NCBI GenBank assembly: GCA_030390025.1
Contig: JASTWF010000333.1
Location: 496,001-531,701 of the forward strand
Reading direction: 5' to 3'
Source: Squalus acanthias
Lineage: Eukaryota
DNA: 35,701 nt
Shown: positions 1-16,339 of the stretch, in pieces
How the letters are laid out: every line of letters begins with the position of its first letter
How positions within the stretch are numbered: the stretch's first letter is position 1
Program-made: the position numbers and the translations under genes
The notes under the pieces: generated by a model
What the model saw: only the letters and a program-made list of their open reading frames with translations
The model's database searches: none
What the model was told of the DNA's origin: nothing

Positions 1-2344
1 CACCCTGAATCATCCTCACACACACACAAACCCTGAATCATCCTCACACACACACACCTTGAATCATCCTCACACACACACACACTGAATCATCCTCACA
101 CACACACACCCTGAATCATCCTCACACAGACACACCCTGAATCATCCTCACACACACACACACCTGAATCACCCTCACACACACACACCCTGAATCAACT
201 CACACACACACACCCTGAATCATCCTCACACACACACACCCTGAATCATCCTCACACACACACCTGAATCATCCTCACACACACACCTGAATCATCCTCA
301 CAACACAGACACACCCTGAATCACCCTCACACACACACACACCCTGAATCATCCTCACACACACACACCCTGAATCATCCTCACCACACACACACACCCT
401 GAATCATCCTCACACACACACACACCTGAATCATCCTCACACACACACACACACCCTGAATCATCCTCACACACACACACACACCCTGAATCATCCTCAC
501 ACACACACACCCTGAATCATCCTCACACACACACACACCCTGAATCATCCTCACACACACACACCCTGAATCATCCTCACACACACACCCTGAATCATCC
601 TCACACACACACCCTGAATCATCCTCACACACACACACTCACCCTGAATCATCCTCACACACACAGACACACCCTGAATCATCCTCACACACACACACAC
701 CCTGAATCATCCTCACACACACACACCCTGAATCATCCTCACACACACAGACACACCCTGAATCATCCTCACACACACACACACACTGAATCATCCTCAC
801 ACACACACACACACTGAATCATCCTCACACACACACACACCCTGAATCATCCTCACACACACACACACACCCTGAATCATCCTCACACACACACACACCC
901 TGAATCATCCCCACACGCACATCCTGAATCATCCTCATACACACACACCCTGAATCCACCTCACACACACACACCCTGATTCATCCTCACACACAAACAC
1001 ACCCTGAATCAACCTCACACACACACACACACCCTGAATCACCCTCACACACAAACACACACACCCTGAATCATCCTCACACACGCACACACCCTGAATC
1101 ACCCTCACACACACACACCCTGAATCACCCTCACACACTCACACACCCTGAATCATCCTCACACACACACACACCCTGAATCACCCTCACACACACACAC
1201 TGAATCACCCTCACACACACACACACCCTGAATCATCCTCACACTCACACACACACCCTGAATCATCCTCACACACACACACACCCCCTGAATCATCCTC
1301 ACACACACACACACCCTGAATCATCCTCACACACACACACACCCTGAATCATCCTCACACACACACCCTGAATCATACTCACACACACACACCCTGAATC
1401 CTCCTCACACACACACACACACTGAATCATCCTCACACACACACACACCCTGAATCATCCTCACACACACACACACCCTGAATCTTCCTCACACACACAC
1501 ACAACTGAACCATCCTCACACACACACACACCCTGAATCATCCTCACACACACACACCCTGAATCATCCTCACACACACACACCCTGAATCATCCTCACA
1601 CACACACACACCTGAATCATCCTCACACACACACACACACACACCCTGAATCATCCTCACCCACACGCACACACCCTGAATCATCCTCACACACACAGAC
1701 ACACACCCTGAAACAAACTCACACACACACACACACCCTGAATCATCCTCACACACACACACCCTGAATCATCCTCACACACACACACACCCTGAATCAT
1801 CCTCACACACACACACCCTGAATCATCCTCACACACACACACACACACCCTGAATCATCCTCACACACACACCCTGAATCATCCTCACACACACACACTC
1901 ACCCTGAATCATCCTCACACACACAGACACACCCTGAATCATCCTCACACACACACACACCCTGAATCATCCTCACACACACACACCCTGAATCATCCTC
2001 ACACACACAGACACACCCTGAATCATCCTCACACACACACACTCACCCTGAATCATCCTCACACACACAGACACACCCTGAATCATCCTCACACACACAC
2101 ACTGAATCATCCTCACACACACAGACACACCCTGAATCATCCTCACACACACACACACCCTGAATCATCCTCACACACACACACACACCCAGAATCATCC
2201 TCACACACACACACACCCTGAATCATCCTCACACACACACACCCTGAATCACCCTCACACACACAAACCCTGAATCATCCTCACACACTCACACCTTGAA
2301 TCATCCTCACACACACACACACACATACACACACCCTGAATCAT

Positions 2345-2381
<37 letters not shown>

Positions 2382-4113
2382 GAATCATCCTCACACACAC
2401 ACACACACCCTGAATCATCCTCACACACACACACACAACCTGAATCATCCTCACACACACACCCTGAATCATCCTCACACACACACACCTGAATCATCCT
2501 CACACAGACACACCCTGAATCATCCTCACACACACACACACCCTGAATCATCCTCACACACACACACACCCTGAATCATCCTCACACACACAGACACACC
2601 CTGAATCACCCTCACACACACACACACCCTGAATCATCCTCACACACACACACCCTGAATCATCCTCACACACACACACACCCTGAATCATCCTCACACA
2701 CACACACACCCTGAATCATCCTCACACACACACACCCTGAATCATCCTCACACACACACACACCCTGAATCATCCTCACACACACACACACCCTGAATCT
2801 TCCTCACACACACACCCTGAATCATCCTCACACACACATACACACACACCCTGAATCATCCTCACACACACACACCCTGAGCATCAACACACACACACAC
2901 ACCCTGAATCATCCTCACACACACACACACACTGAATCATCCTCACACACACACACACACACCCTGAATCATCCTCACACACACACACACCCTGAATCAT
3001 CCTCACACACACACACACACCCTGAATCATCCTCACACACACACAAACACACCCTGAATAATCCTCACACACACACACACACCATGAATCATCCTCACAC
3101 ACACACCCTGAATCATCCTCACACACACACAAACACACCCTGAATCATCCTCACACACACACACCCTGAATCATCCTCACACCCACACACACACCCTGAA
3201 TCACTCTCACACACACACACCCTGAATCATCCACACACACACACACACCCTGAATCATCCTCACACCCACACACACACCCTGAATCACTCTCACACACAC
3301 ACACCCTGAATCATCCTCACACACACATACACACCCTGAATCATCCTCACACACACACACACACCCTGAATCATCCTCACACACTCACACCTTGAATCAT
3401 CCTCACACACGCACACCCTGAATCATCCTCACACACACATACACACCCTGAATCATCCTCACACACACACACACACCCTGAATCATCCTCACACACACAC
3501 ACACCCTGAATCATCCTCACACACACACACACACCCTGAATCATCCTCACACACACACACACAACCTGAATCATCCTCACACACACCCTGAATCATCCTC
3601 ACACACACACACCTGAATCATCCTCACACACACACACACCCTGAATCATCCTCACACACACAGATACACCCTGAATCACCCTCACACACACACACACCCT
3701 GAATCATCCTCACACACACAGACACACCCTGAATCACCCTCACACACACACACACCCTGAATCATCCTCACACACACAGACACACCCTGAATCATCCTCA
3801 CACACACACTCACCCTGAATCATCCTCACACACACAGACACACCATGAATCATCCTCACACACACACCCTGAATCATCCTCACACACACAGACACACCCT
3901 GAATCATCCTCACACACACACACACCCTGAATCATCCTCACACACACACACACACCCTGAATCATCCTCACACACACACACACCCTGAATCATCCTCACA
4001 CACACACACCCTGAATCACCCTCACACACACAAACCCTGAATCATCCTCACACACTCACACCTTGAATCATCCTCACACACACACACACACACATACACA
4101 CACCCTGAATCAT

Positions 4114-4148
<35 letters not shown>

Positions 4149-6020
4149 GAATCATCCTCACACACACACACACACCCTGAATCATCCTCACACACACACA
4201 CACAACCTGAATCATCCTCACACACACCCTGAATCATCCTCACACAGACACACCCTGAATCATCCTCACACACACACACACCCTGAATCATCCTCACACA
4301 CACAGATACACCCTGAATCACCCTCACACACACACACACCCTGAATCATCCTCACACACACACACACCCTGAATCATCCTCACACACACAGACACACCCT
4401 GAATCACCCTCACACACACACACACCCTGAATCATCCTCACACACACACACCCTGAATCATCCTCACACACACACACACACCCTGAATCATCCTCACACA
4501 CACACACCCTGAATCATCCTCACACACACACACCCTGAATCATCCTCACACACACACACACCCTGAATCATCCTCACACACACACACACCCTGAATCTTC
4601 CTCACACACACACCCTGAATCATCCTCACACACACACACACACACACCCTGAATCACCCTCACACACACACACCCTGAGCATCAACACACACACACACAC
4701 CCTGAATCATCCTCACACACACACACACACTGAATCATCCTCACACACACACACACACACCCTGAATCATCCTCACACACACACACACCCTGAATCATCC
4801 TCACACACACACACACACACCCTGAATCATCCTCACACACACACAAACACACCCTGAATAATCCTCACACACACACACACACCATGAATCATCCTCACAC
4901 ACACACCCTGAATCATCCTCACACACACACAAACACACCCTGAATCATCCTCACACACACACACCCTGAATCATCCACACACACACACACACCCTGAATC
5001 ATCCTCACACCCACACACACACCCTGAATCACTCTCACACACACACACCCTGAATCATCCTCACACACACATACACACCCTGAATCATCCTCACACACAC
5101 ACACACACCCTGAATCATCCTCACACACTCACACCTTGAATCATCCTCACACACGCACACCCTGAATCATCCTCACACACACACACCCTGAATCATCCTC
5201 ACACACACACACACCCTGAATCATCCTCACACACACAGATACACCCTGAATCACCCTCACACACACACACACCCTGAATCATCCTCACACACACATACAC
5301 ACCCTGAATCATCCTCACACACACACACCCTGAATCATCCTCACACACACATACACACCCTGAATCATCCTCACACACACACACACACCCTGAATCATCC
5401 TCACACACACACACCCTGAATCATCCTCACACACACATACACACCCTGAATCATCCTCACACACACACACCCTGAATCATCCTCACACACACACACACAC
5501 CCTGAATCATCCTCACACACACACACACACCCTGAATCATCCTCACACACACACACACCCTGAATCATCCTCACACACACACACACCCTGAATCATCCTC
5601 ACACACACACAAACCCTGAATCATCCTCACACACACACACACCCTGAATCATCCTCACACACACACACACCCTGAATCATCCTCACACACACACACACCC
5701 TGAATCATCCTCACACACACATACACACCCTGAATCATCCTCACACACACACACACACCCTGAATCATCCTCACACACACACACACCCTGAATCATCCTC
5801 ACACACACACAAACCCTGAATCATCCTCACACACTCACACCTTGAATCATCCTCACACACACACACACTGAATCATCCTCACACACACACACCCTGAATC
5901 ATCCTCACACACACACACACACACATACACACACCCTGAATCATCCTCACACACACACACACCCTGAATCATCCTCACACACACACCCTGAATAATCCTC
6001 ACACACACACCCTGAATCAT

Positions 6021-6055
<35 letters not shown>

Positions 6056-9000
6056 GAATCATCCTCACACACACACACACACCCTGAATCATCCTCACAC
6101 ACACACACACAACCTGAATCATCCTCACACACACCCTGAATCATCCTCACACACACACACCTGAATCATCCTCACACACACACACACCCTGAATCATCCT
6201 CACACACACAGATACACCCTGAATCACCCTCACACACACACACACCCTGAATCATCCTCACACACACAGACACACCCTGAATCACCCTCAAACACACACA
6301 CACCCTGAATCATCCTCACACACACACACACCCTGAATCATCCTCACACACACACACACCCTGAATCATCCTCACACACACACATACCCTGAATCATCCT
6401 CACACACACACACACCCTGAATCATCCTCACACAAAAACACACCCTGAATCATCCTCACACACACACACCCTGAATCATCCTCACACACACACACACCCA
6501 CTGAATCCTCCTCACACACACACCCTGAATCATCCTCACACACACACACACCCTGAATCATCCTCACACACACAGACACACCCTGAATCATCCTCACACA
6601 CACACACCCTGAATCATCCTCACACACACACACCCATGAATCATCCTCACACACACACTCACCCTGTATCATCCTCACACACACAGACACACCCTGAATC
6701 ATCCTCACACACACACACACCCTGAATCATCCTCACACACACACACCCTGAATCATCCTCACACACACACACACACCCTGAATCATCCTCACACACACAC
6801 ACACCCTGAATCATCCACACACACACAGACACACCCTGAATCATCCTCACACACACACACACCCTGAATCATCCTCACACACACACACACACACCCTGAA
6901 TCATCCTCACACACACACAAACACACCCTGAATAATCCTCTCACACACACACACCATGAATCATCCTCACACACACACCCTGAATCATCCTCACACACAC
7001 ACAAACACACCCTGAATCATCCTCACACACACACACCCTGAATCATCCACACACACACACACACCCTGAATCATCCTCACACCCACACACACACACTGAA
7101 TCACCCTCACACACACACACCCTGAATCATCCTCACACACACACACACCCACTGAATCCTCCTCACACACACACCCTGAATCATCCTCACACACACACAC
7201 ACCCTGAATCATCCTCACACACACACAGACACACCCTGAATCATCCTCACACACACAGACACACCCTGAATCATCCTCACACACACCCTGAATCATCCTC
7301 ACACACACACCCTGAATCATCCTCACACACACACACCCTGAATCATCCCCACACACACACACACACCCTGAATCATCCTCACACACACACACACACTGAA
7401 TCATCCTCACACACACACACACCCTGAATCATCCTCACACACACACACACACACACCCTGAATCATCCTCACACACACACAAACACACCCTGAATCATCC
7501 TCACACACACACACACCCTGAATCATCCTCACACACACACACCCTGAATCATCCTCACACACACACACACCCTGAATCATCCTCACACACACACACACCC
7601 TGAATCTTCCTCACACACACACCCTGAATCATCCTCACACACACACACACACACACCCTGAATCATCCTCACACACACACACCCTGAATCATCCTCACAC
7701 ACACACACACCCTGAGCATCAACACACACACACACCCTGAATCATCCTCACACACACACACACACCGTGAATCATCCTCACACACACACACACCCTGAAT
7801 CATCCTCACACACACACACACACCCTGAATCATCCTCACACGCACACATACCCTGAATCATCCTCACACAAAAACACACCCTGAATCATCCTCACACACA
7901 CACACACCCTGAATCATCCTCACACACACACACACCCTGAATCATCCTCACACACACACACCCTGAATCATCCTCACACACACACACCATGAATCATCCT
8001 CACACACACACTCACCCTGAATCATCCTCACACACACAACACACCCTGAATCATCCTCACACACACACACACCCTGAATCATCCTCACACACACACCCTG
8101 AATCATCCTCTCACACACACACACCCTGAATCATCCTCACACACACAGACACACCCTGAATCATCCTCACACACACACACACCCTGAATCATCCTCACAC
8201 ACACACACCCTGAATCATCCTCACACGCACACACCATGAATCATCCTCACACACACACTCACCCTGAATCATCCTCACACACACAGACACACCCTGAATC
8301 ATCCTCACACACACACACACCCTGAATCAACCTCACACACACACACCCTGAATCATCCTCACACACACACACACCCTGATTCATCCTCACACACACACAC
8401 TCACCCTGAATCATACACACACACACAGACACACCCTGAATCATCCTCACACACACACACACACCCTGAATCATCCTCACACACACACACTCACCCTGAA
8501 TCATACACACACACACAGACACACCCTGAATCATCCTCACACACACACACACACTGAATCATCCTCACACACACACACACCCTGAATCATCCTCACACAC
8601 ACACACACCCTGAATCATCCTCACACACACACACACACACCCTGAATCATCCTCACACACACACAAACACACCCTGAATCATCCTCACACACACACACAC
8701 CCTGAATCATCCTCACACACACACACACCCACTGAATCCTCCTCACACACACACCCTGAATCATCCTCACACACACACACACCATGAATCATCCTCACAC
8801 ACACACCCTGAATCATCCTCACACACACACAAACACACCCTGAATCATCCTCACACACACACACCCTGAATCATCCACACACACACACACACCCTGAATC
8901 ATCCTCACACCCACACACACACCCTGAATCACTCTCACACACACACACCCTGAATCATCCTCACACACACATACACACCCTGAATCATCCTCACACACAC

Positions 9001-12000
9001 ACACACACCGTGAATCATCCTCACACACACACACCCTGAATCATCCTCACACACTCACACCTTGAATCATCCTCACACACGCACACCCTGAATCATCCTC
9101 ACACACACATACACACCCTGAATCATCCTCACCCACACACACACACCCTGAATCATCCTCACACACACACACACACCCTGAATCATCCTCACACACACAC
9201 ACACACCCTGAATCATCCTCACACACACACACACCCTGAATCATCCTCACACACACACCCTGAATCACCCTCACACACACAAACCCTGAATCATCCTCAC
9301 ACACTCACACCTGAATCATCCTCACACACACACACACTGAATCATCCTCACACACACACACCCTGAATCATCCTCACACACACACACACCCTGAATCATC
9401 CTCACACACACACACACACACACACACACCCTGAATCATCCTCACACACACACACACCCTGAATCATCCTCACACACACACACACCTGAATCATCCTCAC
9501 ACACACACACACCCTGAATCATCCTCACACACACAGATACACCCTGAATCACCCTCACACACACACACACCCTGAATCAGCCTCACACACACACACACCC
9601 TGAATCATCCTCACACACACACACACACCCTGAATCACCCTCACACACACACACACCCTGAATCATCCTCACACACACACACACCCAGAATCATCCTCAC
9701 ACACACACACACCCTGAATCATCCTCACACACACACACACCCTGAATCATCCTCACACACACACACACCCTGAATCATCCTCACACAAAAACACACCCTG
9801 AATCATCCTCACACACACACACCCACTGAATCATCCTCACACACACACTCACCCTGTATCATCCTCACACACACAGACACACCCTGAATCATCCTCACAC
9901 ACACACACCCTGAATCATCCTCACACACACACACACACCCTGAATCATCCTCACACACACACACTCACCCTGAATCATCCACACACACACAGACACACCC
10001 TGAATCATCCTCACACACACACACACACTGAATCATCCTCACACACACACACACACACCCTGAATCATCCTCACACACACACACACCCTGAATCATCCTC
10101 ACACACACACACACCATGAATCATCCTCACACACACACACACACCCTGAATCATCCTCACACACACACACACACCATGAATCATCCTCACACACACACCC
10201 TGAATCATCCTCACACACACACAAACACACCCTGAATCATCCTCACACACACACACCCTGAATCATCCTCACACCCACACACACCCTGAATCATCCTCAC
10301 ACACACACACACTGAATCACCCTCACACACACACACACCCTGAATCACCCTCACACACACACACACCCTGAATCATCCTCACACACAACACACACCCTGA
10401 ATCTTCCTCACACACACACACACCCTGAATCATCCTCACACACAAACACACACCCTGAATCTTCCTCACACACACACACACCCTGAATCATCATCACACA
10501 CACACACACCCTGAATCATCCTCACACAAAAACACACCCTGAATCATCCTCACACACACACCCTGAATCATCCTCACACAAAAACACACCCTGAATCATC
10601 CTCACACACACACAGACACACCCTGAATCATCCTCACACACACAGACACACCCTGAATCATCCTCACACACACCCTGAATCATCCTCACACACACACCCT
10701 GAATCATCCTCACACACACACACCCTGAATCATCCTCACACACACACACACACCCTGAATCATCCTCACACACACACACACACTGAATCATCCTCACACA
10801 CACACACACACACCCTGAATCATCCTCACACACACACACACACACACCCTGAATCATCCTCACACACACACAAACACACCCTGAATCATCCCCACACACA
10901 CACACACCCTGAATCATCCCCACACACACACACCCTGAATCATCCCCACACACACACACCCTGAATCATCCCCACACACACACACACCCTGAATCATCCC
11001 CACACACACACACCCTGAATCATCCCACACACACACACACCCTGAATCATCCCCACACACACACACACCCTGAATCATCCCCACACACACACACACCCTG
11101 AATCATCCCCACACACACACACACCCTGAATCATCCCCACACACACACACACCCTGAATCATCCCCACACACACACACACCATGAATCATCCCACACACA
11201 CACACACACCATGAATCATCCCCACACACACACACACCCTGAATCATCCCACACACACACACACCCTGAATCATCCCACACACACACACACCATGAATCA
11301 TCCCCACACACACACACACCCTGAATCATCCCCACACACACACACCCTGAATCATCCCACACACACACACACACCTGAATCATCCTCACACACACAGACA
11401 CACCCTGAATCATCCTCACACACACACACACCCTGAATCATCCTCACACACACACACCCTGAATCATCCTCACACACACACACCATGAATCATCCTCACA
11501 CACACACTCACCCTGAATCATCCTCACACACACAGACACACCCTGAATCATCCTCACACACACACACACCCTGAATCAACCTCACACACACACACCCTGA
11601 ATCATCCTCACACACACACACACACCCTGATTCATCCTCACACACACACACTCACCCTGAATCATACACACACACACAGACACACCCTGAATCATCCTCA
11701 CACACACACACACACCCTGAATCATCCTCACACACACACACTCACCCTGAATCATACACACACACACAGACACACCCTGAATCATCCTCACACACACACA
11801 CACACTGAATCATCCTCACACACACACACACCCTGAATCATCCTCACACACACACACACCCTGAATCATCCTCACACACACACACACACACCCTGAATCA
11901 TCCTCACACACACACAACACACCCTGAATCATCCTCACACACACACACACCCTGAATCATCCTCACACACACACACACCCACTGAATCCTCCTCACACAC

Positions 12001-15000
12001 ACACCCTGAATCATCCTCACACACACACACACCATGAATCATCCTCACACACACACACCCTGAATCATCCTCACACACACACACACACCCTGAATCATCC
12101 TCACACACACACACCCTGAATCATCCACACACACACACACACCCTGAATCATCCTCACACACACACACACACACCCTGAATCACTCTCACACACACACAC
12201 CCTGAATCATCCTCACACACACATACACACCCTGAATCATCCTCACACACACACACACACACCGTGAATCATCCTCACACACACACACCCTGAATCATCC
12301 TCACACACTCACACCTTGAATCATCCTCACACACACACACCCTGAATCATCCTCACACACACATACACACCCTGAATCATCCTCACCCACACACACACAC
12401 CCTGAATCATCCTCACACACACACACACACCCTGAATCATCCTCACACACACACACACCCTGAATCATCCTCACACACACACACACCCTGAATCATCCTC
12501 ACACACACACCCTGAATCACCCTCACACACACAAACCCTGAATCATCCTCACACACTCACACCTTGAATCATCCTCACACACACACACACTGAATCATCC
12601 TCACACACACACACCCTGAATCATCCTCACACACACACACACACACACATACACACACCCTGAATCATCCTCACACACACACACACCCTGAATCATCCTC
12701 ACACACACACACACACACACACACACCCTGAATCATCCTCACACACACACACACACCCTGAATCATCCTCACACACACACACACCTGAATCATCCTCACA
12801 CACACACACACCCTGAATCATCCTCACACACACAGATACACCCTGAATCACCCTCACACACACACACACCCTGAATCAGCCTCACACACACACACACCCT
12901 GAATCATCCTCACACACACACACACACCCTGAATCACCCTCACACACACACACACCCTGAATCATCCTCACACACACACACACCCAGAATCATCCTCACA
13001 CACACACACACCCTGAATCATCCTCACACACACACACACCCTGAATCATCCTCACACACACACACACCCTGAATCATCCTCACACAAAAACACACCCTGA
13101 ATCATCCTCACACACACACACACCCTGAATCATCCTCACACACACACACCCACTGAATCATCCTCACACACACACTCACCCTGTATCATCCTCACACACA
13201 CAGACACACCCTGAATCATCCTCACACACACACACCCTGAATCATCCTCACACACACACACACACCCTGAATCATCCTCACACACACACACTCACCCTGA
13301 ATCATCCACACACACACAGACACACCCTGAATCATCCTCACACACACACACACACTGAATCATCCTCACACACACACACACACACCCTGAATCATCCTCA
13401 CACACACACACACCCTGAATCATCCTCACACACACACACACCATGAATCATCCTCACACACACACACACACCCTGAATCATCCTCACACACACACACACA
13501 CACCATGAATCATCCTCACACACACACACCCTGAATCATCCTCACACACACACAAACACACCCTGAATCATCCTCACACACACACACCCTGAATCATCCT
13601 CACACCCACACACACCCTGAATCATCCTCACACACACACACACTGAATCACCCTCACACACACACACACACCCTGAATCACCCTCACACACACACACACC
13701 CTGAATCATCCTCACACACAAACACACACCCTGAATCTTCCTCACACACACACACACCCTGAATCATCCTCACACACAAACACACACCCTGAATCTTCCT
13801 CACACACACACACACCCTGAATCATCATCACACACACACACACCCTGAATCATCCTCAAACAAAAACACACCCTGAATCATCCTCACACACACACACACC
13901 CACTGAATCCTCCTCACACACACACCCTGAATCATCCTCACACAAAAACACACCCTGAATCATCCTCACACACACACACACCCACTGAATCCTCCTCACA
14001 CACACACCCTGAATCATCCTCACACACACACACACCCTGAATCATCCTCACACACACACTCACCCTGAATCATCCTCACACACACAGACACACCCTGAAT
14101 CATCCTCACACACACACACCCTGAATCATCCTCACACACACACTCACCCTGAATCATCCTCACACACACAGACACACCCTGAATCATCCTCACACACAGA
14201 CACACCCTGAATCATCCTCACACACACACACCCACTGAATCCTCCTCACACACACACCCTGAATCATCCTCACACACACACACACCCTGAATCATCCTCA
14301 CACACACACTCACCCTGAATCATCCTCACACACACACACCCTGAATCATCCTCACACACACACACACCCTGAATCATCCTCACACACACACACACCATGA
14401 ATCATCCTCACACACACACTCACCCTGAATCATCCTCACACACACACACACACCCTGAATCATCCTCACACACACAGACACCCTGAATCATCCTCACACA
14501 CACAGACACACCCTGAATCATCCTCACACACACACACCCTGAATCATCCTCACACACACACACCCTGAATCATCCTCACACACACACACACACCCTGAAT
14601 CATCCTCACACACACACACCCTGAATCATCCTCACACACACACACACCCTGAATCATCCTCACACACACACACACACACCCTGAATCATCCTCACACACA
14701 CACAAACACACCCTGAATCATCCTCACACACACACACCCTGAATCATCCTCACACACACACACACCCTGAATCATCCTCACACACACACACACCATGAAT
14801 CATCCTCACACACACACCCTGAATCATCCTCACACACACACACACACACCCTGAATCACCCTCACACACACACACACACCCTGAATCACCCTCACACACA
14901 CACACACACCCTGAATCATCCTCACACACACACACACCCTGAATCATCCTCACACACACACACACCCTGAATCATCCTCACACACACACACCCTGAATCA

Positions 15001-15785
15001 TCCTCACACACACACACACACCCTGAATCATCCTCACACACACACACACACCCTGAATCATCCTCACACACACACACACACCCTGAATCATCCTCACACA
15101 CACACACACACCCTGAATCATCCTCACACACACACACACACGCTGAATCATCCTCACACACTCACACCTTGAATCACCCTCACACACACAAACCCTGAAT
15201 CATCCTCACACACTCACACCTTGATTCATCCTCACACACACACACACTGAATCATCCTCACACACACACACCCTGAATCATCCTCACACACACACACACA
15301 CACATACACACACCCTGAATCATCCTCACACACACACACACAACCTGAATCATCCTCACACACACCCTGAATCATCCTCACACACACACACCTGAATCAT
15401 CCTCACACAGACACACCCTGAATCATCCTCACACACACACACCCTGAATAATCCTCACACACACACCCTGAATCATCCTCACACACACACACACACCCTG
15501 AATCATCCTCACTCACACACACACAACCTGAATCATCCTCACACACACCCTGAATCATCCTCACACACACACCCTGAATCATCCTCACACACACACACAC
15601 ACCCTGAATCATCCTCACTCACACACACACAACCTGAATCATCCTCACACACACCTGAATCATCCTCACACAGACACACCCTGAATCATCCTCACACACA
15701 CACACCCTGAATCATCCTCACACACACACACAAACCCTGAATCATCCTCACACACACACACACACCCTGAATCGTCCTCACACAC
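1..15785. repeat. Tandem satellite, monomer CCTGAATCATCCT(CA)n, left array (roughly 550 units, continues beyond the window start)
   Basis: Continuous head-to-tail copies of a 13-bp core separated by variable CA tracts. Recurrent variants include CCATGA, TCACCCT, CAGACA, CTCACC and TCATCCCC. Unit count is estimated from length divided by ~29 bp. Confidence 0.99.
15781..15785. repeat. Left target-site duplication CACAC (partner at 25503-25507)
   Basis: CACAC precedes the LTR TG at 15786 and follows the LTR CA at 25502. Removing the provirus and one copy restores a normal TCCT(CA)7CCCTGA monomer. 3, 5 or 7 bp all fit; 4 and 6 bp do not. Confidence 0.75.
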
Positions 15786-16326
15786 TGTTGGGGAGAAAAT
15801 AAGATTCTCAGAGTCTGTGTAAAGTCCAAAAACACATAGTTTATTGACAAAGTACTTTGGGAGCAGGAGTCAAAAGGTCCCGTGACCTTTGTAACATCCT
15901 TCTCGTTTAACCTTTGTTCAGTACAGCTTATATTCAATATTTCTGGCTACATGCCATCATACATCGATTTTTGTCCAATTATATGGTATTACATTAATCA
16001 CCTGATTATATTTTGCCTTTATCTATATTTATTTGGCAACAATCATAAAAGCAGTTACATCTTGTTACGCCTTTTTGAGCATGGTCTAATCCCACAGTTT
16101 ACTACTGTATGTTATCTGTGATTGGCACCGTGCCTACGGTCTCTAGCTAACTTTGTAAAAGGCCTCTTTCAATACCGTTTATTAAACACCGAACCCTCCC
16201 TCAAAAATCTGTCTGGCAGCTGTAATTATATCTATTCCTTATCTCGTTTTGCAAAACCTTCACTGCACATGGTTTTATTGCAAATTGTGTAGAATTGAAT
16301 TTGACCATTTCAAATTAACTCTTTCA
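15786..16326 (-). repeat. 3' LTR (541 bp; minus strand TGAAAGAG...CCCCAACA)
   Basis: Direct repeat of 24065-24117 plus 25014-25502. Manual alignment gives 9 substitutions and one 1-bp indel. TG/CA termini, preceded by the PPT on the minus strand. Confidence 0.97.
15840..15845 (-). terminator. LTR polyadenylation signal AATAAA (3' LTR)
   Basis: Plus-strand TTTATT = minus-strand AATAAA, 54 nt from the LTR end, ~80 nt downstream of the TATA candidate and followed by TGTGTTTTT. Confidence 0.7.
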
Positions 16327-16327
16327 G

Positions 16328-16339
16328 TCCCTCCTGTTT
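16328..16339 (-). promoter_or_regulatory. Polypurine tract (plus-strand primer)
   Basis: Minus strand AAACAGGAGGGA-C directly abuts the TGAAAG start of the 3' LTR. Confidence 0.8.

Noticed and set aside
381..15618. Dozens of ORFs encoding CVCEDDSG / VRMIQG / HTHTLNHP repeats in the left array
   Set aside because: Translations of the satellite. Frames switch with CA tract length, many starts are alternative codons, and there is no sign of coding constraint.
1..15785. True telomeric array
   Set aside because: No tandem TTAGGG/CCCTAA. The CCCTGAA similarity is limited to one heptamer per monomer.
15692..16121. ORFs within or crossing the 3' LTR
   Set aside because: Short, low-complexity or running into the satellite; no similarity to sag, nef or bel-type LTR genes recognised.
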